A DNA stretch of 40,874 nucleotides from a virus. The position numbers and the translations under genes were made by a program. Below the pieces are notes generated by a model, which was not told where the DNA came from, searched no databases, and saw only the letters and a program-made list of their open reading frames with translations. This document shows positions 33,582-40,874 of this stretch, one piece after another. The stretch lies in the IMG/VR virus record IMGVR_UViG_3300050333_000073. The stretch is one strand, 5' to 3'. Each line of letters starts with the position of its first letter. Position 1 is the stretch's first letter.

Positions 33582-36500
33582 TTATCTCCCAAATCTGTAC
33601 TTTTTATCTCGTCTCGCTTCTTCATCGAACGCCTGTTTAGCATAGTCTTTAATCTGTTTCTTGTACTCTTCCATGCCTATGAATGTACCCCCTAGTTGTA
33701 TTGCGCCTTCATGGAAGTGCACCCCCCCAGAACCGGCATTACCAGGTCCCTGTGGCGGGGGTGAATAAGTGTTTGCCAGGGCCCTCCGGGTGGGATCATA
33801 ATCCACACCACCAGCCCGGAGCCAAACATGACTCATCCCATCATAAGTTCCCCAAACCATCTCAGTTGGAACACCAAACAATCCTTCAATCATGCCCATT
33901 AAGCCGAGAGTTGTATCGAAACAGTTCCCCCCATCAAAAACAGCATCTATTGGGTCCTTCAGGTGGCCTTCATAGGCCATGTATTCCAGGCCCGGACCAA
34001 TATCAGTCATGAACTGGGCAACAGTCATATTATTAGGCCCACTAGGAGGAGCCCACTGCCCACGCAGTAACATGGCGGCCATGTCGAAGGGTTGGCCTCC
34101 AATCACTGACCATGTGTGGGGGATGGCAGTTCCATTCCATAATCCGTTCTGCAACCATCCACCTAAGCCCATTTTTCGGTTGGCCTCGGTCATGAGGAAT
34201 TGGGCGCCGTCATAGCAATTACAGGTTCCAGAGTCCCAAACCTGTTGGTTAGACTTCTGATCACCCATATAAAATTCATATCCAAGGTGATCAGCCATAC
34301 CATTAGCAATGTCTGTGAATGCACTGATTCCTTTGAATCTTTTACTCATTGCACTGGCTATGTTCCCCTGGCCAAGGCCACTCATACTAGAAATTTCACC
34401 ACTAACCATATCCGTAAGTGGTCCTCGTGGGGGTCCACGGGATAAGAGTGTGCGGGCCCGTGAGGCGACATCTCCCGCCACATTACTGGCCCGGGTGCCC
34501 CCTCCGGGCCCCCATGGCCAACTAAATGGAGGTATGATTCCTCTAATAATCCCCAAAATATCTCCCACAGTAGGGATTTGCCACTTAAGCGGGTTGATTT
34601 TCTGCCAAGTCTGACTTAGGAAATCTCCCACCCCCGGGATCTTCCAGTTAAGTGGATTGATTTTCTCCCAGGTCTGACCTAATATCTGACCAACACTTGG
34701 GATCTTCCAATTCAAAGGATTGATTTTCTCCCAGACCCCATGGAGTATCTGGGACACATTTGGAGCTTTCCAGTTCAGTTTCGGCACTTTAGGCAGTAAC
34801 ACGTCCATTAATTTCCCTAGTATCTGACCTGCGGAGGGCCATTTCAAACCGGCCAGTGGCGTTCCACGGAGTACTCCTTTACTTCCAAAGATGTCGTCCA
34901 TGATTGAAGATTTACCACCTTTGCCAGCTGCACTGGCCGTGCCTGGGAGCACTTTTTTAAAAATAGATGCGGGATTTAAGAATTCGCTTAAACCTCTACT
35001 AACATCCCAGTTCTGGAGGGCAACGTCTAACCCTATAGGGAATCCTGGAAGGATGCCTTTAAGGGAGCTTGTGTTATATGTGCCCCACCATTGTTCCTTG
35101 ACGGTGGTGGCTGTGGAAGATTCTCCAGGAGATAAGGGTTGACCTCCCGCAGTGGGAGTGTATGTGGGTTGGTTTAACCTGCCAGTTGCATATTCAATGG
35201 CTGCATTGGTGATGTATATGGTTGCAGCTGCAATGGCAATTCCTCCAAGGACTGCCCCCCAATTAGTGCCTCCAGATTTTCCACCAGTTCCAGTTGTTCC
35301 CCCAGTCACTCCAGTAGAACGTTGGCTCTGGATGTAATCTCTTATTTCCGTGAATTTGTTAACTATTGCATCTTTAACACTGTTTAAAGGGCCGCTAACT
35401 TTGTCTTTTAGTCCTGAAAGACCTTGGGTGATTTTATCCCCCATGGAACTGATCCCATTTCCAGCCACATCTTTAAGCTTACCTAAAACTGAGGAGATCT
35501 TATCGGTAGGGATCATGTCCTTCAATTTACCCGCAAGTTGGAGGGCGCCACTGCCAAGGGTTTTGAAGATGCCTATAAATGGTCTGATAACCTCTCCGAA
35601 AATCCTAATTGCCCCTCCAACCATTCCCAATAGTCCTAATAAAAACACACCATCAGTAATTAAATCCTTAGTTCCCTGATCTAATCCTAAGAACCAATCC
35701 AATAACGGTTCAACTGTTTTTAAAAATTTATCAAAACTCTTAGTCAGTCCTAAAATAAGAGTGTCAGTAACCACCATTGCCTTGTTATAAGGCCCTAATG
35801 GCCCTTCAAAAGTAGTGCTTAACCCAGATGACCCTTTAGTTGTAGCCACCTTTTCCATGGCCGCAACACGTTCCTCGGGTGTTTGGGCTGATTTTAATAT
35901 TTCAGCCTGTTCTGGAGTTAAATCCCCACGGAATAATGCTTCACTGTACCCTCCAGTCAGGTATTGTCCAAAGTTCCTGAGCAATTCCTGTCTTTGATTC
36001 GGATTGGGTGAATGAGCAGCCGCATCCATTGCTGCTAACGTCCTAAAGGTTTGACCTTTAGGTGCGGCCTGCATTGTATATACCATCAGGTTTTGAATAT
36101 CCCTGTCAGGGGTTGAACTTGCCTGAGTATATTTCAAATACTGATCAGTGATGTCCTTGGCTTCCTCTGGTGATTTAGTATTCCCAAGCATTGCTTTGGT
36201 AGTGGCAATCCCTTGACCATATGAAAATAGGGTGCTTAACCCAGCTCCTCCAGCTACGGTGGCGAAAATGTCAGTTAACCCTGCCTGCATACTGCTAAAT
36301 TCATTGGATATTGATCTAACCCCTGCTGAAGCGGTGTTCTTCATTGATTGAATGGTTGCTGAGAATTTATTTTGCAAGGAGGTGAAGGTGATGGAGTGTA
36401 AACCAGAATTGATCGAATTTTTAACATTAGTAATACCGGAACTTGCAGTGCTCCGCATTTTATTAATAGCACCATTCAAGGTGCTGACTAATTTATCAAA

Positions 36501-36887
36501 ACGGGAGTTGTTAATCTGTTTAACTTGTTCTTCACTCTTTTTACTTTGATTGCCAAGTTCCCTTATTTTGCGAATAGTTTCATCAAGATTTGAAGGTTTG
36601 ACTACAATGTCCAAAGGTTTTGCACTTGACTGGAGACCTTTCACTTTTCGGATGAGTTCGTCTAAATTACTAGTAGCCTTGTCAAACTTGGAATTGTTAA
36701 TTTGGTCAACATTTTCCTTGGTTTTCTTAGCACCCTGGGCAGTGTCATCTAACTCTTTTTTTATTCCTGAGAAGTCAGGCCCTTTTATACGGGCATTTAA
36801 TTCACCTATTCTTTTCTTCCATTCGGAAGAAAACTCTGATGAGTCTAATATGAGTTTGGCTTTGACTACTCCGCCGTTTGCTGCCAT
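33582..36887 (-). CDS. Tape measure protein with two C-terminal transglutaminase-like cysteine-peptidase cores
   Basis: 1101 aa. Coiled N-terminal third with an internal QINNS(K/R)FDK duplication. Gly-rich TM-like middle. 21-aa tandem repeats. C-terminal GTCNCYDG...HTWSVIGGQPFD and GGNCFDTT...SHVWLRAGGVDYDPT. Confidence 0.85.
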   Translation of the reverse strand: MAANGGVVKAKLILDSSEFSSEWKKRIGELNARIKGPDFSGIKKELDDTAQGAKKTKENVDQINNSKFDKATSNLDELIRKVKGLQSSAKPLDIVVKPSNLDETIRKIRELGNQSKKSEEQVKQINNSRFDKLVSTLNGAINKMRSTASSGITNVKNSINSGLHSITFTSLQNKFSATIQSMKNTASAGVRSISNEFSSMQAGLTDIFATVAGGAGLSTLFSYGQGIATTKAMLGNTKSPEEAKDITDQYLKYTQASSTPDRDIQNLMVYTMQAAPKGQTFRTLAAMDAAAHSPNPNQRQELLRNFGQYLTGGYSEALFRGDLTPEQAEILKSAQTPEERVAAMEKVATTKGSSGLSTTFEGPLGPYNKAMVVTDTLILGLTKSFDKFLKTVEPLLDWFLGLDQGTKDLITDGVFLLGLLGMVGGAIRIFGEVIRPFIGIFKTLGSGALQLAGKLKDMIPTDKISSVLGKLKDVAGNGISSMGDKITQGLSGLKDKVSGPLNSVKDAIVNKFTEIRDYIQSQRSTGVTGGTTGTGGKSGGTNWGAVLGGIAIAAATIYITNAAIEYATGRLNQPTYTPTAGGQPLSPGESSTATTVKEQWWGTYNTSSLKGILPGFPIGLDVALQNWDVSRGLSEFLNPASIFKKVLPGTASAAGKGGKSSIMDDIFGSKGVLRGTPLAGLKWPSAGQILGKLMDVLLPKVPKLNWKAPNVSQILHGVWEKINPLNWKIPSVGQILGQTWEKINPLNWKIPGVGDFLSQTWQKINPLKWQIPTVGDILGIIRGIIPPFSWPWGPGGGTRASNVAGDVASRARTLLSRGPPRGPLTDMVSGEISSMSGLGQGNIASAMSKRFKGISAFTDIANGMADHLGYEFYMGDQKSNQQVWDSGTCNCYDGAQFLMTEANRKMGLGGWLQNGLWNGTAIPHTWSVIGGQPFDMAAMLLRGQWAPPSGPNNMTVAQFMTDIGPGLEYMAYEGHLKDPIDAVFDGGNCFDTTLGLMGMIEGLFGVPTEMVWGTYDGMSHVWLRAGGVDYDPTRRALANTYSPPPQGPGNAGSGGVHFHEGAIQLGGTFIGMEEYKKQIKDYAKQAFDEEARRDKKYRFGR
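34581..34795. repeat. 63-bp tandem repeat, about 3.4 units, inside the tape measure gene
   Basis: Units start at 34581, 34644, 34707 and 34770. They encode NPLNWKIPxVGxILxQTWEKI-type 21-aa repeats. Confidence 0.85.
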
Positions 36888-36983
36888 GGGTGGGACCTCG
36901 CTTTTATTAATTTTTATAAGAGAAATGCGAAAATTACATAAGAAAGAATGTGAAAATATTAATCAAAATAGTGGGGTAATTTT

Positions 36984-37229
36984 ATGGAACAAGAAGTATC
37001 AAAAGGTGGGGTAATATGGGGAATCTTTTTTGGAATCATGTTTGCAGTATTAGGGGGTTGGCTATTAGGTATAGTCCTGACCATGATTCTTAGCCATTGG
37101 ATTGGATTTGTAATAGGGATAATCCTTTCAGGTATTTTTGCAGGGATTTATGGATATAATCAGTATGTGAAAAAGCAGGAGAAGGAAGAAATCCGTAAGT
37201 TTGAATTAGAACAGGCTAGGGAAAAATAA
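36984..37229 (+). CDS. Opposite-strand membrane protein (81 aa) inserted in the tail module (moron-like)
   Basis: Hydrophobic Gly-rich segments (IWGIFFGIMFAVLGGWLLGIVLTMIL, IGFVIGIILSGIFAGIYG), then a charged tail. An AT-rich ttttataag box lies upstream. Confidence 0.55.
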   Translation: MEQEVSKGGVIWGIFFGIMFAVLGGWLLGIVLTMILSHWIGFVIGIILSGIFAGIYGYNQYVKKQEKEEIRKFELEQAREK

Positions 37230-37232
37230 AGA

Positions 37233-37610
37233 TTAGAGGACTTGTGAAACATGGTAAGCATATAAACCTTCTATATCTGTATCTCTAATACCAAACTCCA
37301 TATAATGGTCTCTTCCTTTGATTGGGTGGTCAAATTGGACATCGTGTTGGATGGCAGCATAATCATAGTAATTATTCCCAATAGCAGAATACCATATATC
37401 CATTTGTAAATTATGGGATTGACTCACTTGTTTTCTATGAAACCCATCCTGAAGATAACCAAACTTTAAAGGAACATAAGGAAAAGTTTTACGTTCAATT
37501 TCTTCCGAAATATGGTCAGCTGCAATAGAATCATGAATGACAATCAAACGATCTATTTCTGTCATCTTTTCTTCCATATCGGAAGCATCAAGCAACACGT
37601 AACTATTCAT
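37233..37610 (-). CDS. Hypothetical protein (125 aa)
   Basis: Intact ORF between the chaperone genes and the tape measure gene. Confidence 0.5.
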   Translation of the reverse strand: MNSYVLLDASDMEEKMTEIDRLIVIHDSIAADHISEEIERKTFPYVPLKFGYLQDGFHRKQVSQSHNLQMDIWYSAIGNNYYDYAAIQHDVQFDHPIKGRDHYMEFGIRDTDIEGLYAYHVSQVL

Positions 37611-37827
37611 CTTCAGGACTCCTGCCTGTCATTTGATAGTAAAGGTCTAAAGTTTCAGGATCCTCCTCAACCATTGAACCCGTCCCTTTCTTATATTTGT
37701 CAGGGTTGTTTCTCATGTCTTCTTCAATCTCAATCACTTCATACACCCATTCCAGGAACTGGTATGTAGTATGAGTATCTAAATCGTCCCAGAATTCCTT
37801 AACAGTTTCGGTAATGGCTTTACGCAT
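37603..37827 (-). CDS. Tail assembly chaperone T-segment; probably expressed as a +1 frameshift extension of 37922..38482
   Basis: No SD before ATG 37827. Its frame stays open upstream to TAG 37944..37942 and overlaps the end of the preceding ORF. Confidence 0.5.
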   Translation of the reverse strand: MRKAITETVKEFWDDLDTHTTYQFLEWVYEVIEIEEDMRNNPDKYKKGTGSMVEEDPETLDLYYQMTGRSPEDE

Positions 37828-37921
37828 TTTCAGGAGGAAATAGTGTTGAAGAAGAACTTTTTCCAGAACTTCGCTGATGAGAACTCTACTATTAGAATCT
37901 TCATTACCCTTCTCTGGATTA

Positions 37922-38482
37922 TTATTCCTGGCGAAACTGGCCTATCTGGTTATCATGTTCCACATCAATGAGTTGCCTTAAGCGTACATCTATCTTGGCC
38001 TGTGGAGTGCCAGACATGTACAGATCATAGAACAGTCCTAGGTTTTTGGCGATTATAAGGTCAATATTATCATAATTTTCAAGAAATTCCCCAGGTTCTA
38101 TTTCAAGTAATGCAACGCATACTTTATCATATGCCTCTGCCATCCTTTCATCAAAGTTCGCTAACTCTTCACCTATCCGGTTTGATAGTTCATCAACTTC
38201 TGATTCTATCTTTTTTGCTTCTTTGATTAGTTTATCCGCTTTTTTCTGGTTTTTTTCCAGTATAGTATCATCTTTATATCCTAATCCTAATAGTTGAACG
38301 GCTTCCTGGCGTTTTTCCTGAGCTTCGGCCATTTTTTTAACGAGTTCATCCCTTTTTTCTGTTGCTTCTTTTTGTAAAGCTTCAACATCTTTATTTGAAT
38401 CTCTTAAAACCCTGTTTGGACATCTTTTAAACCGTCTTTTTTTCCCACAGAACTCTATTTCATTCTTACTTAATTTAACCAT
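37922..38482 (-). CDS. Tail assembly chaperone (G-like)
   Basis: Helical acidic 186-aa protein between the tail tube genes and the tape measure gene. Has a downstream overlapping frame. Confidence 0.5.
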   Translation of the reverse strand: MVKLSKNEIEFCGKKRRFKRCPNRVLRDSNKDVEALQKEATEKRDELVKKMAEAQEKRQEAVQLLGLGYKDDTILEKNQKKADKLIKEAKKIESEVDELSNRIGEELANFDERMAEAYDKVCVALLEIEPGEFLENYDNIDLIIAKNLGLFYDLYMSGTPQAKIDVRLRQLIDVEHDNQIGQFRQE

Positions 38483-38510
38483 GGTAAGACACCTCTTTAA
38501 GATAAAAATA

Positions 38511-38538
38511 AAAAAAATATTGGGGCTTTTGTTGCCCC
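38511..38538 (-). terminator. Hairpin plus T-run terminator after the tail tube genes
   Basis: Stem ggggc/gcccc (38522..38526 / 38534..38538), followed on the minus strand by T7. Confidence 0.5.
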
Positions 38539-38546
38539 CTTAGTCT

Positions 38547-38978
38547 TTATGTCTTTTCATATCTTACAATAACTAACCCGCCAGGGAATGCCTGACCAGT
38601 ACCAGTCACGGTCTTTTTCAAACTGAGTGACTGTCCTTCGGTTATTTCAGCATCCGTGCTTACCAGGTCCACACCAACAAAACCTTCAATGGTGTTGGTG
38701 CTGTTTACTGCTCTGCTGCCTATGCTGGTTGTTCCGGTTCCATCAGAGCCTTTACTTTGCACATCAAGAGTCATGAAATTAGTTGCCTGGCCAATATCGC
38801 CATCAGGAATTACTTTGACATCTTTAACTACAGAGTTAAATGGAGCTGTGAATATTGTTTTCTCAAATGTTCCATTAGCAGCATCAGCAGGGATGGCTAC
38901 TTGGTAGAATTGGTCCTGAGAGTCAACCAGAACATCAATTAACTCTTCCATTGTCTTTTTAAATACTCTAGAATCCAT
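38547..38978 (-). CDS. Tail structural protein (143 aa)
   Basis: Beta-rich ORF after the putative tube protein, followed by a terminator. Confidence 0.4.
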   Translation of the reverse strand: MDSRVFKKTMEELIDVLVDSQDQFYQVAIPADAANGTFEKTIFTAPFNSVVKDVKVIPDGDIGQATNFMTLDVQSKGSDGTGTTSIGSRAVNSTNTIEGFVGVDLVSTDAEITEGQSLSLKKTVTGTGQAFPGGLVIVRYEKT

Positions 38979-38993
38979 ATTTTATTCCTCCCT

Positions 38994-40115
38994 TTAAGGT
39001 ACTGTTCCGTAATTCAATTCATCCAATGGAGTGATCATAGTTACTTCAACTGGGTTGATCAAGCTATTGGCGTTTGAAACTATTTTTCCCTTCAATGTGA
39101 TGTTCTTATAGTCTTTACCACTTCTAGGGCTAGTTATTTGGTCTACTAATAGTTTGGGGATTACTATTTCCATATCTGCGTGGACTGTTGCTGCAGGGCT
39201 GACCACAGTTTCAATTACCTTCCCAGTTATTTTGATAATCACCTTCTTGAAAAGTGATTCTGTGGTGGGATCTGTACCATTAGATGAACCTGTAGCCCAT
39301 TCTGCCTCTAAGTTCATGTTGCTTTCATTGTAGTCCATTTTAATAGTGATTTCCCCAGAGAATGGTTTCCTATTCTTTTCAGGGCTGCCGAATGTGGTTC
39401 CTCCACAAGTACTGAGTTCTAAGTTGTTTTTCATGTTAAGACTTGCTTCTGTGTAGCAGTCAACTTTGTAGGTGTCTGTTTTGAGAGTTGCATCAGCCGT
39501 ACCTACTGGACCTATGTAAATTGCTGTCTGGTATGCTTTGAACCTGGTTTCAGTTTCAGGGAATACAAGTGTTGGTTCGGCTTGATTGTATTTAGGGAAG
39601 TCCCCCATGAACTTGGCCTTATATGATGGGGACTGGTTGGCGTTAAGTGTTAACTCAACAGAATCAACCATCTGGTTAATGTAAGCTTCTGGTTTGGCAT
39701 CTCCCCAGTTGAAACCTTCTATTATTGTAGCTACTGGTAGGTTTACTGGTGGGTCTGATGCGTCCCGGAAGAATTTATGTTTATATGAGGCTGTGGCTCC
39801 GGTGACTGCGGGGGTAACGGCATCTTTAGCCCCTAACAGTTGGAATAGTATATCCTCTATCCCCTCACCTAATCGGAGCTTGTCCTCTACTGATGGTGAA
39901 GAACTGGCCTCTTTCCTATCTTCACCTAAAAGGACCGTGTCCTGTCCTGTGTGTCCCTCATCTTCCTCAGAATCCATCTTATTATCAGGTTCGAAGGTTT
40001 TCATCTTGGGAAATATAACTGGTAACACTTTGCCCAGGGTTTGAACACCATCAGTGTAAGGGTTTAAACCATACCCCATGTAGTGAAGGCTGTTTGGTGG
40101 TGCGCCCATACTCAT
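38994..40115 (-). CDS. Major tail (tube) protein, putative
   Basis: 373-aa ORF after the head-tail joining genes and before the chaperones. GAGGTGA SD. Confidence 0.45.
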   Translation of the reverse strand: MSMGAPPNSLHYMGYGLNPYTDGVQTLGKVLPVIFPKMKTFEPDNKMDSEEDEGHTGQDTVLLGEDRKEASSSPSVEDKLRLGEGIEDILFQLLGAKDAVTPAVTGATASYKHKFFRDASDPPVNLPVATIIEGFNWGDAKPEAYINQMVDSVELTLNANQSPSYKAKFMGDFPKYNQAEPTLVFPETETRFKAYQTAIYIGPVGTADATLKTDTYKVDCYTEASLNMKNNLELSTCGGTTFGSPEKNRKPFSGEITIKMDYNESNMNLEAEWATGSSNGTDPTTESLFKKVIIKITGKVIETVVSPAATVHADMEIVIPKLLVDQITSPRSGKDYKNITLKGKIVSNANSLINPVEVTMITPLDELNYGTVP

Positions 40116-40336
40116 TCACCTCTTTTTGTTTTAGATTTAGGTTTCTTAGTGGATTCTTTGGGTTTATCAGTTAATTCTTCCCATAATCCATTTTCTCTTA
40201 GTCTTGGGACGAGTTTATGATCATCTGGTATTTCAATCTCCTGACCCTTTTTGAGGGTTTCTTCCATGGGTAAAATCCCATCAATGGCCAGGTTGAAATC
40301 TTTCATCCCATCTCTACCATTATATTTAAATTTCAT
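40112..40336 (-). CDS. Small head-tail joining/tail completion protein (74 aa)
   Basis: ATGA overlaps on both sides. Confidence 0.4.
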   Translation of the reverse strand: MKFKYNGRDGMKDFNLAIDGILPMEETLKKGQEIEIPDDHKLVPRLRENGLWEELTDKPKESTKKPKSKTKRGE

Positions 40337-40800
40337 ACTTCCTCCTTCACAGCATAAGTAGCTGTGAAATCTGTGATCATCCTATGGGCCAGTACCTTTG
40401 GCCCTTCCCTACCTTGAACCACCCAGGGCATGGGTTTGGATTGGTTGTATTCAACGCTTTCAAGAGTTTCAAACCAGTCATGTTGAACTGATTCCCGGAA
40501 AATGTTCCTTGTTCTCTCCCGGTACTCATTCAAATCTGGCATGATCTGGTCCTTGGCGTGGTCGGGTTCAAGGTACTGGATCACTACTCCTGAGCACTGG
40601 TATTCATCAACACATCCCCCGGTGGATCCCATATCTTCGCCTTTTTCCACATCCAGATCCACACTTTGGCATGGTTTTCTGGTGTTGGCATCAACCTCCC
40701 AGAGTGATGGGTAGGTGGGTAATGTTTTAAGAATGGGGTCACGTTCGAGGAGTGAGATTATGTCCTTGATGCCCAGGTCTAGAATTCCAATCTGCTTCAT
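40333..40800 (-). CDS. Head-tail joining protein (155 aa); follows 60..917 across the window junction
   Basis: Its ATG (40800..40798) lies in the terminal repeat and corresponds to 53..51, just after the stop at 60..62. Confidence 0.45.
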   Translation of the reverse strand: MKQIGILDLGIKDIISLLERDPILKTLPTYPSLWEVDANTRKPCQSVDLDVEKGEDMGSTGGCVDEYQCSGVVIQYLEPDHAKDQIMPDLNEYRERTRNIFRESVQHDWFETLESVEYNQSKPMPWVVQGREGPKVLAHRMITDFTATYAVKEEV

Positions 40801-40874
40801 GAGGCATCACTTCAATACACTATAGCCTATCAGGTCTGTGTTGATGTAAGATTCGGCTGATTCTGAACTGGTAC
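40748..40874. repeat. Terminal direct repeat, copy 2
   Basis: Identical to 1..127. Confidence 0.95.

Noticed and set aside
37922-37950. Canonical -1 slippery heptamer for the tail chaperone frameshift
   Set aside because: The downstream ORF is in the +1 frame. No X-XXY-YYZ motif is present in the short overlap, and the -1 frame is closed.

Overview
This window looks like a complete genome of a tailed dsDNA virus. Bases 1..127 are identical to 40748..40874, so the unique length is 40,747 bp, either circular or terminally redundant.

Nearly all genes are on the minus strand, in one continuous run:
- early micro-ORFs, from about 24424 downwards
- recombination, replication and nucleic-acid enzymes: GIY-YIG, P-loop replication protein, RNA-ligase-like protein, YopX, ERCC4 nuclease, TFB-like Zn-ribbon protein, HNH-AP2, DNA methyltransferase
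- packaging: TerS, TerL, portal, MuF-like protein
- head: HslV-like peptidase, tRNA-like gene, scaffold, decoration protein, major capsid protein
- across the window ends into head-tail joining, tail tube, chaperones, tape measure, baseplate/fibre proteins and a lysin that ends at 25734

A short plus-strand island (24689..25660) lies between the lysin and the early genes. It holds an AbrB-like gene and an RHH-plus-unknown gene pair. Two more plus-strand genes lie elsewhere: a second AbrB-like paralog at 22512..22676 and a membrane-protein gene at 36984..37229. I found no integrase, CRISPR array, rRNA or reverse transcriptase.

The host is probably a methanogen with a pseudomurein wall (Methanobacteriales). 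This is an inference from the transglutaminase-core lysin of the PeiW/PeiP type, the TFB-like zinc ribbon, the ERCC4/XPF nuclease, TTTATATA-type promoter boxes and the AGA/AGG/ATA-rich codon usage. It has not been checked by any search.

Most unusual observations:
- an HslV/proteasome-beta-like Thr1 peptidase in the position normally held by the prohead protease
- a non-canonical tRNA-Thr(UGU)-like gene next to it
- a 134-codon open frame with no canonical start, running in frame into the scaffold gene
- two extra transglutaminase-like cysteine-peptidase cores at the C-terminus of the tape measure protein
- a probable +1 frameshift joining the tail-chaperone ORFs
- a candidate regulatory switch with a duplicated palindromic operator and paired AbrB-like genes
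- an antitoxin-like RHH gene abutting an 88-aa ORF of no recognisable family

All product calls come from reading motifs by eye; no database search was run.
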